A stretch of 64,000 bases of DNA from the human T2T-CHM13v2.0 reference genome, Homo sapiens. This document shows positions 1-12,990 of the stretch, piece by piece (positions within the stretch are counted from its first letter, which is position 1; every line of letters starts with the position of its first letter). The DNA is taken from NCBI RefSeq assembly GCF_009914755.1, contig NC_060927.1; one strand, given 5' to 3'. Made by a program: the position numbers and the translations under genes. The notes under the pieces were generated by a model. The model saw only the letters and a list, made by a program, of their open reading frames with translations, did not search any database and was not told where the DNA came from.

Positions 1-80
1 CAACAAACTCTGGTATGGTTATTATCCCCACTTTACAGATGAGAAAACTGAGGCTCAGGGAGAGGAAATCTAACCTACCC
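1..80 (-). mobile_element. MIR SINE fragment
   Basis: MIR core in reverse orientation: ATTATCCCCACTTTACAGATGAGAAAACTGAGGCTCAG. Confidence 0.7.
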
Positions 81-820
81 AACTTTTAATACTTTATCCT
101 AGTTCATTTGCTCTCACTTCTCTCCCTTCCTCAACCCTTCTCCCTCTAGCAAAAGGGAAGTACAATCTAGTATATGAAAAGACTTTCCATAAATGCAAAC
201 TCAAATAAATTGTATCTAGAGCGTCTGCAGCTTCCTCTCCTTCCCCAGGATCATTGGCTATTTGTTTATTCAGGAAATAATGATCACAAGTCTCTTCTAC
301 AAAGCACTGGTCTAAATGCCAAGGATAAAATAAAGAGCAAAAATAATCCCTGTCCAGCTCTCAGGAGCTTACGGCCTAGGAATATAGTCAAACCTCTGGG
401 CATCTCTATAAGTAAGTGATGCTCTCCACTCCACCCCACCGCTTCCTCACTCATTCTTCAACATTTTTGAATTATTGAACTTCTATTGAGTTACACTGCA
501 AGTAACAGGAGACTCACATATCAATGGCCACCTAAAACGCTAAAGAGAGGGGTTTTATTTTTCTTATAAGACATAATGTCCACAAGTAAATAATAACTAA
601 AAGGTGTCAGAACAGAGAGAAGTCCTGGTGGCTCTCTAGGCTTTTGCCTCATGTACACAGAAGGCTGCCACAGCTCTAGCCATTAAGCCTGTATTCTATG
701 CAAAAGGAAAGTGGGGAGATCCTGAGAAAAAGGGGCCATATCTGATGAGTCGGTCTCCATTTGGGGGCTTTTCTGGAAATCTCTTGCAACAATGTAGACT
801 TACGCTTCCATAACAGACAC

Positions 821-1243
821 TGTTGGGGCCTGCCCTATCCACATCCCCTTGACATTCATCATCTGGGCTCTACAGAACCTTCCTTCTACAGACTCCTTTC
901 TTCAGCCCCAGTAGCTTGCTCAGGTTGCCACACAGAGAGGCCAGAATTAATTCTGCCCAGAAGCAGCATCAACCAATGACAGACAGCAGTTGGTGGGCAA
1001 ACACCCCAGCTTTCTGGCCCTCAGGTGGGAAAATTGGGGACCTGTTGTACACTAGCTCTCAAAGGTTCCCAGCAGGATCTGGCCCCAGTTACCCCCAGCA
1101 ATAATGTGCTGCTCACTCACACTCTCTGCACTTGGCTTCTCTTCCTTGTCTCATTTCCCCTTCCAGGAATCACCTTCCAAATAAGCTACTTGCCCTTGAC
1201 TCTTGGCTTCAAGGAGTCTGTTTCTAGGAGCCCAACCTAAGAT
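821..1243 (+). mobile_element. LTR16-family (ERVL) solo LTR, probably inserted in an older MLT1 (~490-1390)
   Basis: Starts TGTTGGGG; LTR16-like motifs AACCAATGACAGACAG and CCAAATAAGCTACTTGC; ends CCCAACCTAAGA. Confidence 0.6.
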
Positions 1244-1569
1244 GACCTGGTGGGACAGAATGCATCACGTGGCCATCTCTGGCTGCAAAGGAGTATGGAA
1301 AGTGGGATCTATTTGGTAGCTACATCCCTGCTCCCAGCAACATTGGGGTTCTGTTGGCAAGGAGGGAAGAGGTACTGAATGAGCATCCAACAACCCCTAC
1401 CATGCCTACTCCATGCTGGGCATAGGGCTTCAGTGGTGACCAGTCATGGCTTCTGCCCTCAAGGGACTTCCAGTCTCGAAGAGGGGCAGCCATTATACAG
1501 CTGTGGGCGCTACAAGAGAGTGGTGGGTGCAGCCTTTGAGGAGCGCTCATTCTGAATGAGGCTCTATCC

Positions 1570-1755
1570 TAAAAGCTTGCATGCATGATGTTAACATGAA
1601 ACCTCCCAGCACCTTCTGAGGCAAGGACTATTTTTACTATTTTCCTTCTACACCTGAAGAAACTGAGAATCAGGGAGGTTGAGTAACTTTCCCAGGAAGA
1701 CAGGACTAGTATGTGTCAGAGCTCAAACTTGAAACTCAGTTTGACCCCAGGAGCT
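1570..1755 (-). mobile_element. MIR SINE
   Basis: GAAGAAACTGAGAATCAGGGAGGTTGAGTAACTTTCCCAGG resembles the reverse MIR core. Confidence 0.6.
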
Positions 1756-2021
1756 AGTGACATCTCAGCAAGGCATGCGAAGACAAGCAGCGTTGAAACA
1801 GGTGGAAAACGTGTAAGATTTCAATAGAATAGCACATGCTGAGGCCGGGAGGCTTGAGGCTCCATGAGACCACACAGGCTGGAGAAGACTGTCCAGGCCT
1901 CCTCAAGTGACCTGCCCCCAGCAAAAAGGGAAGCACAGCTTGAAAGGAGCTGTTCAGGTCCCCAGAGTTGAACCCTCCTTTAGGGGATATGGGCCACCAT
2001 TCTCTCTCGCTTAATCGCTCA

Positions 2022-2058
<37 letters not shown>
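2022..2058. repeat. (CT)n-(CA)n compound microsatellite
   Basis: Directly visible. Confidence 0.9.
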
Positions 2059-2229
2059 CATCCTATCTTCTCCCCTCCACACTACCCTGCCATGCTCACC
2101 ACCTCATAGATACCTACTCCAACACACCACTTCACTAGAACCCCAATTCACTACATTGGCTTTATGTTACCTCTACGTCAATTCTGGAATGCGCCACGTT
2201 TGCACCAGGAACCCTCCAAGCACGACCTT

Positions 2230-2430
2230 CAGAATTCAAGAGTCACAGATTAAAATCCCAGCTCAGGGTTAGCTATGGCAAGTCATACAGTCTGTCTGAG
2301 CCTTTGTTTTCCCATTTGTAAAATGGGAATTAAAATATCTACCTCACAGGGTTGTTGTAAGAACCTAGTAAGAATGTATCAGTAAAGCACATGATTGGCA
2401 GAATGCCACCATTTTTTACTATTACTAATA
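2230..2430 (+). mobile_element. MIR SINE
   Basis: CTGAGCCTTTGTTTTCCCATTTGTAAAATGGGAAT...CTACCTCACAGGGTTGTTG. Confidence 0.7.
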
Positions 2431-2619
2431 CCAGCACCTTAGAATACCTGACCTTATGTTTTACTGCTCCCCAATATTACCCCAAATTCTGCAGTGTGTA
2501 TTCCCATGGCCCCTTCTTGCTGCAGCTGTTCCCACCTGCAATGCCTTCCGTTGCCATCTGGGCTTATTCAAGCCATTCCCTCATTAAGGCCCAAGAACCT
2601 CCAGCTATTGCTCCTCTGG

Positions 2620-2790
2620 CTCAGTGGACCCCAAACTTGGCTGCATATTAGAATTGTTTAGGAGCTTTTAAAAACCCCCAGGCATGGGCCACAAACCAGC
2701 CAATTGCATCAGAATCCTGAAGATGGGCAGGCCCAGGCATCAGTAGGTCTTCAGGTCCCCCCAGGTGATTTAGATATGCACAACCGGTGC
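2620..2790. mobile_element. MER5-type hAT-Charlie DNA transposon remnant
   Basis: CAGTGGACCCCAAACTTGGCTGCATATTAGAAT...ATCAGAATC...CCCAGGTGATT. Confidence 0.6.
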
Positions 2791-3369
2791 TTTAACACCT
2801 GCCTTCTACAGAGGCCTGCAGTTTGGCCCAAATCTGCCCAGTGACTTTCACTGTGTGATAACTGGCTAGTGTGTCATTGCAAACTGGAGTCCCACGAACA
2901 ATCCCGCACAGCATCCTGCAAGCCCTGAGCCTCCCTTCTACCTCAATCAAGACTTATTTGTCAGGACATTGGTGGACACACAGCAGGCTCATTTATCTCC
3001 ATCTCTCTTCTCCTCCCCACACCCCTTTCTTCTCAGTGGAGGCCATCACTCAGATCCCCCAGGAGCGGTCCTCTATCTTGTTCACATGCTGCTCTCAGTA
3101 GGGACTCCTCAAAGCAAGTCCAAGGGTCCTGTGCTGCTCTCCAGGCAGGCTGCCCCTAACACTGGCAGGGTCAGAGGGCCTTGTGTGTGTTGTGTGCACG
3201 CCCAGCGGGTGCCAGCCCAGCCTGCAGCTGGCTCCATCCACCCCAGCCCCGGCAGTAGCTCCTTGGCCTTGCCTCCCGCAGGGTGCATCCTCAGGAAGAC
3301 CTCGGGGAGAGCAGCGTGCAGGCTGTTGCAGATGGAGTCTATTTTCCAAAGACAGCCCTAGAAGTATCT

Positions 3370-3855
3370 CCCGTCCCATAGATTCTTCTTACAATGTGAC
3401 CTTACCCGTCCACCTCAAGAGGAGTAGAGTCTCTAACTCCACCTCTTGAATCCAGATGAACTTTTGTGACTGCCTCAGGCCATAAAGCACGGGGAAGTGA
3501 CACTGTGTGACTTCCAAGGCTAGGTCATAAAAGGTGGCTCAGCTTCCTCCTGGTCCTCCCTCTTTGAACCCTGTTGCCAGGCTGTGAGGAAGCACTAGCC
3601 GCATGGAGGTGCCACGTGCAGGTGCTCTGGCCACAGTTCAGCCAGAGTGTCAGCCCCAGCCAGATCAACTGCAGATGTGAGTGATTCCAGCCCAGCCACC
3701 CTCTGACAGGACCTCAGGAGAGGCGCAAGGAAGAGCCTCTCCACTGACCCAGTCAGCCCCCAGAACCCATAGAGGATTGAGAATAATATTGAAATGATTG
3801 GTGCTTCCTACCCCTAAGTTTAGGTGGCTTATTACACAGCAACAGGTAACTGACG
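3370..3855 (+). mobile_element. MLT1 (F/G/H-like) MaLR LTR
   Basis: GTGACTTCCAAGGCTAGGTCATAAAAGG and terminal ACACAGCAACAGGTAACTGA. Confidence 0.65.
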
Positions 3856-4156
3856 CGCAGGTCCTGAAAGTGGACTCGAGGCCTTTGGGTCAGGAAATTC
3901 AGGGGTCTCTAGGCCCAGCAGATCCTCCACCTGGTGGAAAGGAGGCATGGCTATAGGAGGACCTGAGTGAGGCCTTCTGAAGTGCAGGGCCCAGCAAAGA
4001 CCTAGTGGTCTGGATCCAAGGGTGCACCCAAACATCCACCTCGAAAGAGGTTCAGGGGTGACAATCCAGATTGTGGTTCTCCAAGCTGAAGTCGCAGTCC
4101 TGCCTCCTGCGTGGTGGAGGTAGAGCACAGTGTGAGCGAGCTGGGCTTAGCAGTTA

Positions 4157-4525
4157 CAGCAGTGCTGTCACCCGAACACATGTTTGACTTGGCTCCGGCT
4201 GTGTTTTTTTTTTTTAGAAAAGGAATGTGTTGCCAACATTGAAAAATTAGAAGACTTCAAATAAAAACCTGTAGATGTATAAATATGTGTTTCCCCCCCG
4301 ATTGTAGAAACAAACATGCTAAGATTTTCTTTTGAAAATCAGACAAGCTGGCCCCACAGGGCACACATTTCTTTGCAGCAACAACTAGCTGGAGGTGGGC
4401 AATAGATGGTGTGTTCCATCCCCGTGGCCCCAATCCCCACCCCTCCCTAGTCCCTTAAACTTACCAGATTTTACTCATCGAATTAAACCACCCAGCCCCT
4501 GTAGGCATTTGATTTTAGGAGTCCC
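4157..4525. mobile_element. MER102-like hAT-Charlie remnant
   Basis: GTTGCCAACATTGAAAAATT...CAGCCCCTGTAGGCATTTGA resemble MER102. Confidence 0.5.
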
Positions 4526-4688
4526 AAGATACATTCGCTCAGCTGTGCACCCAGATCCCTTCCTCCGAGCTGTATGATTTTTAGCCAAGTTACTTACTTT
4601 TCTCTGCCTCTGTTTTCTACCCTGTAAAACTGTGATACTCCTGCCTTGGGGCACTGGGGATGAGAACTAAAGTTAAAATGCATGGGAT

Positions 4689-4990
<302 letters not shown>

Positions 4991-5974
4991 AAATGCATGG
5001 GAAAGACTTATCCCAGCATTTGGCATATCGTAAGTACTTTATAAATAGTTGCTATTATCATCACTGCAGTTATTTTTGCTATTTGAGTCCTTGGGCCTAA
5101 TTCCCTGCCTGCTATCTCGCTCAGCCCACACAAGCTGTCTCCCAACACCCTGCTCTGCAAATCTATCCCCTGGGCCCAGGAAAGCCACAGGGACGGAAGC
5201 AGCCCTGAGCTGCAGCCTTGCCTTTGAATGTAAATATTAGCGTTGGCCCAGCCTGGGATTGCTGGAGGCAGAAGAGTGAGCATGCTGGAGTCTCAAATGG
5301 CACATCTGCTGGGAGCGGCCAGGCACCAGGCCCAGCCCAGCCTGGCCCCCAGCGCTCCGGGTTGCTTACAGGATGGTCGGAGCTGGGGAGAACTCAGTTG
5401 GCAATATTTGCAACCCCGTCCCACACCCTGCGACCAGGAAGGGTCAATCTGAGCATCTCCTTGAAGCCCCCAGGCCCAGGTTCTCTGGTTGCAGCAGAAC
5501 GAGAGCTGAGGCTGGGATTTAGGGTGTTGGCTTTGAAGATGATCACACCAGAGTCTGGGACAGCAGAGCCAAGGCTTCCCTCGGGGAGAACAAGTCCAGG
5601 AAGGAGGCAACTGGCTTCTGCAAGTCAAGCTGAGTGACTTGCTTCAGCTGTAATTATCTGATTATTTCAGGCAAAAGCAAAAAACCAAAAGCCGAAGGCT
5701 TTGGATCCAGCTGCTGAGTTTCAGCTATTTGTCACTGGCAGCAGCCAGACACCCACCCTGGCTCCTCACAGCTGTTGAGTATGGACAGGGAGGGTTATTG
5801 TCATACCTGGGGCTCTAACAGGCACAAAGAGTGAGGTGCAGTCATGTCCTCTTATCTTCTCTTTCAACGGTAAGACTTCAGCAAATTTCCTGAGTACTGG
5901 GCCCTGGATATGACTCAGCAGCCATCTCCTCTGCTTCTCCTTGAGGGAGGTGGTGGCTACAAGGGTGGCCTTGG

Positions 5975-6180
5975 GGGTTAAGTCAGGCCTGGGCTGCATT
6001 CTTGCCCTGCTACTTACTAGCTGTGTCATCTTGGGCAAATGTCTTAACTTCTCTGTACCTCAATTTCCCTACCTGTAAAATGGGGATAATAGTACTTACC
6101 CTACAAGTTGTTTGGAGGGTGAAATGAGACGCTCTTGTACCAATTAGGCAGGGCTTTGTGCCTGGCACCTGGTAAATCAC
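5975..6180 (+). mobile_element. MIR SINE
   Basis: ACTTACTAGCTGTGTCATCTTGGGCAAAT...CTCAATTTCCCTACCTGTAAAATGGGGATAAT. Confidence 0.8.
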
Positions 6181-7579
6181 TGACCAGCCTGTGAATAATC
6201 AGTCATGTCCCCACATTACTTCAGTCAATGTCCACCTCTCCCACAACACAGCAGTCACACCACGTGTACATAATGGAATACTATGAAGCAGTTAAAAAGG
6301 AATGGGCCCCCCACCTTTGTTATTATGTGGGAGGATTTCTTAGCAGAGGCTGGGATGAAGCAGGTCCTTCGGGATGGGCTAGTGGACATCCAGGGATGAC
6401 TGATGAGTACAGCTTTCTCGGCTCATCTGGCCCCTGTGGGTGGGCAGCCACTGCAGGCTGATGCACAGATGCTCATAAACTTGGCTGGATATGAAGACCT
6501 CAATAACCCCAGGCCCCCACCATGAAGCCACCCCCTGGTCCCAACTCAAGCATCACCCCCAATATCCGTGGACACAGTAAGTTTCTACCAGGGAATGGGG
6601 GAGAATCCTCGACTCAATTTGCTGCCAAACCAGGCAAGTGCTCCAACTTGACAGAATTATCAGCAGTGAGCGAACAGTGACAGATGAACCGAGAGGCGAG
6701 TGGGGACAGCCAGCCTGCAGATCTGTTTCCCAGCCCCGAGATTCCATCTGGGCTCCCCCGCAACAAAACAGGAATTTATCTGCAAAGGTGTCTGCAGGGC
6801 CTTGTGTGGGAGTCAATTTTATACCCCTCAACCTTTTGTGAGCAGCTGAGGAACGAGGCGGGAGACCCAGGCGACAAACCCCTTATCACTGCCCTGAGCG
6901 TCTTCTCACCCAACAAGGCTCCCACGTAACCCAATTCTAGATGCCACTGGAGGACCTTGAGGGGAAAAGGAGGTCTGGAAATGTGGTTCTTTAGTAAAAG
7001 GGATTGGCTATCTTAGGGGGTGAATGGAAAATAGTCAACTTCAACCCAATGAGAAAGTATTCTTTCTGCCAGCATTCTGTCTTATGAGTCTCCCCGGCCA
7101 GCCTTGTGCCCCCGCAGCCCTCTAGGGACGGGAACTTCTTGTGTGGGAGCCACTGGTCCTGCTGGGGAAGGCTCCTAAGATGATAAGACTGGAAGGCTTT
7201 CTCTCAAGTCAGCATTGTGTGGCTGCAGAAAAGCCAGGTGGTACCCACACATGTGTAGCTATGGGAGCTGTTTGACCTCTGGAGCTATCACACTGTGCAA
7301 GGGATAGGGGTTGGGGAGGGGGCCGGCAATAAAGGCCTTCCTAGCCCCCTCATTGACACTCTGTATGAGCTGCTAAGTGACCGGGAAGCTCAATGCCTGG
7401 ACAGTCCACCCATCAATTGGACTGGTGGGACTCCAGCTGGAGTCCATCTAAAGATCACCGTCCATATGTCTTCCATGGAATGTTTCAGAAAGCTGGTCTC
7501 CTGGAAGTAGAACCCTAGGTCAAAGGGCATATCATTAAACATTCTGACAGACACTAAGAGCTCTACCAGTTTTCACTTG

Positions 7580-7985
7580 TGTCAGGCGACTTTTACTGTG
7601 TAACAACCTTGAACTCTCAGCTGGAGAGAACAACAAGCACTTATTTTCTCACTTACTTGCCTGCTGTTTGGCTGGGGTTCAGCTGATCTAGGCTGGACAT
7701 GGCTGGGCTGGGCTCCAGACTGTGTCTCTCAGGCTTCTTGGACCAATAGCTCCCTGGGGAGTGTTACTCTCGCGATGAAAGTAGAAGCCAAAGAGGGACA
7801 AGTGGGAACTTTCAAGGCCTCTTCAGGCCTAAAGTCAGAACTGGTGCCCCTCACTCCTGCCCTCATTCTGTTGGGCAAAGCAAGTCACGGGGCCAAGCTG
7901 GATGTCAACTGGATGGGAGGTACACCCCTCCCATGGAGGCTGGGGTAGGGGAGGAGTGAACACTTGCTGAACCACAGTCTACACA
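7580..7985 (-). mobile_element. MLT1 (I/J-like) MaLR LTR
   Basis: GGCTGGGGTTCAGCTGATCTAGGCTGG and CATTCTGTTGGGCAAAGCAAGTCAC. Confidence 0.55.
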
Positions 7986-7989
7986 CCTC

Positions 7990-8500
7990 CCTATTGTGTG
8001 TGTGTCTGCTTATGCTCACAGACATGTACAAAGAGGTATGTACAAAATTGCTCATTGCAACACAGTTTTTGATATCGAAATTTAGGGGGGAAAACAAATA
8101 TCCATTCACAGGGAGTGATTAAGGAAGCCACGCTGCGTGAGTACAATGGAATACTATGCAGCAATTTAAAAGGAGTGGGATCTACCTCCATTAACCGATA
8201 TGGAAAGATTCCCCCAAGATATGATATGTGAGAAAAGCAAGTCACAGAATATATAGTATAATCTTTGGCAGTGGGGGTTAAAACACCCCTGCTGGTGTGT
8301 GTGTGTGTGTGCATGTGTGTGTGTGTGTGTGTGTGTGTGTACAGAAGGAAGACTGGGAGGAGGGCTATAGGCAATTTTATCTATGGGGAGGACTTCCTGA
8401 ATTATTTTCATCTTTTACAATGGGAATATGTTTCTATATTATATGTGAAGTTAATTTTATTATTATCATTATTATTTGAATACCAGAATAAAAAATAAGA
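7990..8500 (+). mobile_element. Old L1M 3' region fragment
   Basis: ACAATGGAATACTATGCAGCAATTTAAAAGGA is a typical L1M 3' motif. Confidence 0.6.
8295..8340. repeat. (TG)n microsatellite, interrupted
   Basis: Directly visible. Confidence 0.9.
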
Positions 8501-9102
8501 AAATACCATTGTTAGGGGCTTGAGACCCTATTAGATGCAAATGTTTTAGGAACTCAAGAATGCTTGAATCCTGCCAAACCAAGGCCACTCCTCCCCTACT
8601 CCTGTCCCACCAAGTCCTTCTGAGAGACAACCTCACCTGAGAGATCAGGGGAAGGAAACTAACCGTGGTCCTTTTATGATGAGCCCGGCTAGCTGCCAGG
8701 CAAGCAGAACCCGTAGGTGGGTGACTGAGCTGAAGCTCAAGGCTCAGGCCCACAACCCATGGAGTTGTGTCCAGTCCACTAAGCCCTGGTCTATGTCCAG
8801 CTCTCTCTGGGCCTGATAAGACCAGAGTGCCAGAGCTGCCTATAAGAATCAAGAAAGAGAGAGGACAAGATGACCCTGAGAGCCCCAAGAAGACAGGCCC
8901 CACCTCAGCCTCGCTATCCAGCCCCTGGGAGGTAAGAGAGAGAAAAGGGAGCCACACTCACAGGGTCTTATCAATACAGAGTGACCCAACCCAGGACACC
9001 AGGCTCCCTGTTGGCCTTCCCTCCTCCTCAGGAGAGATGAGAAAGGAGATAGGGAAGGGCAGAGTCATTGCCTATGTAGTCGTGATGTTTCTTCCAAACC
9101 TC

Positions 9103-9300
9103 TAGAGTTGCATAATCCAATATGGCAGCTGCTAGTCCCATGAGGCTATTTTAGTTAAAATTCAATAAAATAACAGATCCAGCCCCTCGGTCACAGTAAC
9201 CACATTTCACGTGCTCAGCAGCCACGTGGTTACTGTACTGGGCGGCACAGATGGAGAAGGTGGCTGTGCATGAGGAAAGCACTGCTGGGCGGTGCTGCTT
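9103..9300. mobile_element. MER3-like hAT-Charlie element
   Basis: TCCAATATGGCAGCTGCTAG...CCACATTTCACGTGCTCAGCAGCCACGTGG. Confidence 0.6.
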
Positions 9301-9628
9301 CCAGCTCTCACAGTCGCTCTCAGGTGGACGGACCAAGGAGCTCACCCCAGGCCTTGCACCTGGAACAGGAGTTGGGGGTGGGAGTGATGAACCTTATTCT
9401 TCTGTTTTGAACATCATTAACCTTTCATTTCACAAAGTCTGTGATTCACAACATCGCAGGAGGCCACCGGAAGGTGTCAGCAGCTCCATCTCCCTTCAAA
9501 TGGGATTGGTGGGGAATGGGCCTCACACTGGCTGAGCAGTCCTCAACCACTCCCTTCTAGGGTAGCTCTGCTCTGAAGCAAAGACACTTTCCTTCCTTCT
9601 TCCTTACTGTCCCTTGTAAATAAGGTGG

Positions 9629-9998
9629 TATCTTAGTATGTTTAGGCTGCTATAACAAAATACCATAGACTGGGTGGCTTGAAAACAACAGAAATTTGTT
9701 TCTCACAGTTCCAGCGGCTGGAAGTCCAAGATCGAGGCATTGACAGGTCCAGTGTCTGATGAGGACTCTCTTCCTGGTTCATAGACGACATTTTTTTTGC
9801 TGTGTCCTCACAGAGTGGAAGGGACAAGGGAGCTCTCTGGGGTCTCTTTCTTTTATAAGGGCACTAATCCCAGTCATGGGGAGCTCCACTCCCTTAACCT
9901 AATCACCCCCCAAAGACCCCACCTCCTAAAACCATCACCTTCGGGGTTAGGAATTCAGCACTTGAATTTGGGAGGAACACAAACATTCAGCCATAGCA
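9629..9998 (-). mobile_element. MLT1A solo LTR
   Basis: GGCTGCTATAACAAAATACCATAGACTGGGTGGCTT...CATTCAGCCATAGCA; 5-bp TSD GGTGG at 9624-9628 and 9999-10003. Confidence 0.85.
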
Positions 9999-10237
9999 GG
10001 TGGAAACTTTCTGATGGCTCTGAAAAGATGGCTTCTGCCCCTACCATTGCACAGACTTGTTCTGTGTTGCTCTGTAGGCCAAATTTCCATTCTCAAACTC
10101 GTGGCCTTCTGTGATACCCAGCACTCCAACCCACTCTCTCCCAAAACCTCCTACCTCCTGTGATTTCCTTCAGAGAGCAAACCCTGCAGCCATGGCCCCA
10201 GGGCTCTGCCCCAGCTTCTTCCTTGTTCCTCTTACCC

Positions 10238-10470
10238 CAGAGTTTGCCAGCTGATTGCCCATGGGCTGCATTCAGCTCACAGAGGTGGCTTATTTGGCCC
10301 ATACAGTGCTTTTGCAAAGTTTGAATGAACTGCCTCAAAAAAATCCCAGTAAATTTCACATGAAAATTCAGATTTCTGGCTTCCCTCAATGAACCAGAAG
10401 CTCTTGCAAGCCTGGGCCTGTCTCCCACATGACAACACACTGACACTGACAGAAACTGGGAGATGTCCCT
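10238..10470. mobile_element. MER102-like hAT-Charlie remnant
   Basis: ATTTCACATGAAAATTCAGATTTCTGGCTTC. Confidence 0.5.
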
Positions 10471-10934
10471 GTCTCTCTTGGCAGTGACACTCGCACTTTC
10501 TTTTGCCATAGGCCCTGCTGCTCCCTGACGCAACCCACTTGACCGTGTGGGCACTGGAGTGAGGAACTCTGTTTTCTCTGTCTGTTCCCAGCCGCTTCAC
10601 CTTACCACTCTCTGGGGGTTTCCAGGGTTCTTCCACGCTGGACTTTTCACCATGCCTCCCGCCTGCATTTCTATCAGGGACCTAATCCTCACATGGACAT
10701 CCAGAAACACCTCACGCTTCTCCCATACCAACCTGCCACCTTCCTCTTCCCTTGCAGCCGGCTCCTCCCACCCTGTCTCCACACTCCCACACAGGCCAAA
10801 ACACCCAGAACATCCTCATGCCTCCCCACCAGATACCACAGCGCTGCCCACTCCATCTCCACAGCACAGTCTGTCCTCACCTGGAGTAGCCCATCAACTT
10901 CCTAACTGGCCTCCCTAATAACAACAGCCAACAT

Positions 10935-11850
10935 CCCTTCATTCACTCAGCAACTGTTTAGTGAGCACCTATTATGTGCCAGGCACTATGCTAGGGGCAG
11001 TGAGCAAAACTGACAAAAATCTCTGTCCTGGTGAGGCTTCCATTCTAGTGGAGAGAGTCGGGAAACAAGGTGAATAAGAAAAAAGATATTGATGTGTTTT
11101 ACAGCAACAGGTGCTATGAAGAAAAAACCAAAAAGAGGGAAAGATAGAGACAAGGGAGCATCATTTTAAATAGGTGGTGAGAAGTAGCCTCAATAAGAAG
11201 ATGACATTTGAGCCATGATCTGAAAGAGCTGAAAGTAAGCCATTTGGTCAGCAACAGGAAAAGCAATTCGAGCCAAGGGAATAGCAACTGGAAACCTCAA
11301 GGTAGTATGAATATGTGCCCAGGATGTTCAAGGGGCAGCGAGGAACTCGGTGTGGCTGGAGTGGAGTAAACCAGGCCAGGGTGGGTGAGTTGGGAGATGA
11401 GTCAGGGAGGTAAGCATTGGAGAGGGAGTTGCAGAGAGTGTAGGGCATTGGAAATCACTTGAAGCAAGAATTTTGGTTTTTGTGCTCAGAGAAATGGGCT
11501 GTCACAAGAGGGTTTTGGGCAGAGGCGAGAGATGATCTGACTTGCATTGTAAGGGGATCTCTCTGGGTGTTGTGTTGAGAAGAGACTAAAAGGGCCAGGA
11601 CTGAGATAGGGAGAGCAGTCAGGAAACTGCTGTGGTAATGCAGGCTCCCACCAGTATGTAGCAGTGAAGGGACAGGGGGAGGGAGGGAGAAGGCATAGCT
11701 TTCTGGACCTAAAAGAAAGTAGCACCAGACAGGTCTGCAGACACCTTATATGTGAGATACGAGAGAAAGGGAGGAATTTGAGCATAATGCCAAGATTTAT
11801 GGCTAAGCATCTGCAAGGATGGAGTTGCCATTAACTAAGATGGTGAACTT
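10935..11850 (-). mobile_element. L2 LINE 3' portion
   Basis: TTTAGTGAGCACCTATTATGTGCCAGGCACTATGCTAGG at the L2 3' end, then L2 body motifs such as GATGGAGTTGCCATTAACTAAGATGG. Confidence 0.8.
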
Positions 11851-12094
11851 GCCATGTCCCAAGCACTGAACACAAGTGCTTTACTTGAATTTTTAAATTA
11901 ATTCTCCAAGCCTACAAGGGTGAGTCTAGTGCCTTGCCAGTCCATGCAATGGATAGACTAAATCTGCAAGACCATGAAGGCAGGGCGGGATGCTCTATGG
12001 GCTGAGCTCATGGCTCCTGAACCAGCCTGTCTGGCTCCAATCTTGTTTCCATTCTTCTCCAGCTCCTTGATACAGGGCAGCTGATTTCACCATC

Positions 12095-12645
12095 GTATCA
12101 GTTATGGATGTATAATAAACCACCCAAACATAGCAAGAATCATTCTATTATGATCACTCCTGGTTCTGGGGGCTGGCTGGGCTCAGCTGGGTGGTTGTCC
12201 CTCAGAGTCATTCATGCAGTTGTAGTCAGGCAGGGGCTGGGGCGAGAGTCATCTCCAAGGCTTCCTGACCTACATGTCTGCTGCCTGGGCTGGAAAGACT
12301 CAAACTGCTGAGACTAGAGTGGCTGGGGCTCCTTGGGGCTCTTTCTCTCTCTGTGTGTGGTCTCCCTACGTGGTCTCTCCAGCATGATGGCTTCAAGGCA
12401 GCCTGGCTTCTTCCATGGTGGCTCAGGTCTCCAAAGGCACATGTCTCAAGAGAGACAGAGCTAGGTAGAAGCTGTATCACCATTTTAATCTAGTCTCAGA
12501 GGTCACGTGTGCCATCTATACCTCATTCTAATTCCTTGCAATCAAGTCACAGATCCCAGCCCATACTCAAGGGGAAGGGAATTAGGCTTTACTTCTTGAA
12601 GGACGTATCACAGGATTTGCAGGCATGTTTTAAAACCACTGTAAC
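12095..12645 (-). mobile_element. MLT1 (F/G-like) MaLR LTR
   Basis: GGCTGGGCTCAGCTGGGTGGTT...GTGGTCTCTCCAGCATGATGGCTTCAAGG. Confidence 0.65.
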
Positions 12646-12649
12646 AACT

Positions 12650-12790
12650 TCTGTCCCTCAGTTTCCACATCTGTAAAATGAGGAAAATGATGATAATACA
12701 GTCTACCTCAAAGGGCTGTTGCAAGGATGACATGAGATAATTCAGGTGAAGTATTTATATAATGTTCTATACATAGTAAGTATTTGCAAC
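12650..12790 (+). mobile_element. MIR SINE, followed by (CA)n at 12789-12810
   Basis: CTCAGTTTCCACATCTGTAAAATGAGG. Confidence 0.75.
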
Positions 12791-12849
12791 ACACACACAC
12801 ACACACACACGGTTAATCACTTCATGTAGACCAAAATCAAGTAACTTTC

Positions 12850-12990
12850 TTTTTAATTAATATATCATAGTTGTACATATTTGGGGATCACATGTGATAT
12901 TTTGATACAAGCATACAGTTTGTAATGATCAAATCGGGATGATTGGGATATCCATCACCTGAAGCATTTATCTTGTTTTTGTGTTGGGGA
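12850..12990 (-). mobile_element. 5'-truncated L1MA-type 3' end
   Basis: TTGTACATATTTGGGG...TAATGATCAAATCGGG...ATATCCATCACCT; perfect 17-bp TSD AAAATCAAGTAACTTTC at 12833-12849 and 12991-13007. Confidence 0.8.

Noticed and set aside
3925-3938. CTCF-like motif and inverted repeat TCCACCTGGTGGA; also a CCCGCAGGTGGC match on minus near 22060
   Set aside because: Imperfect single matches are expected by chance in 64 kb
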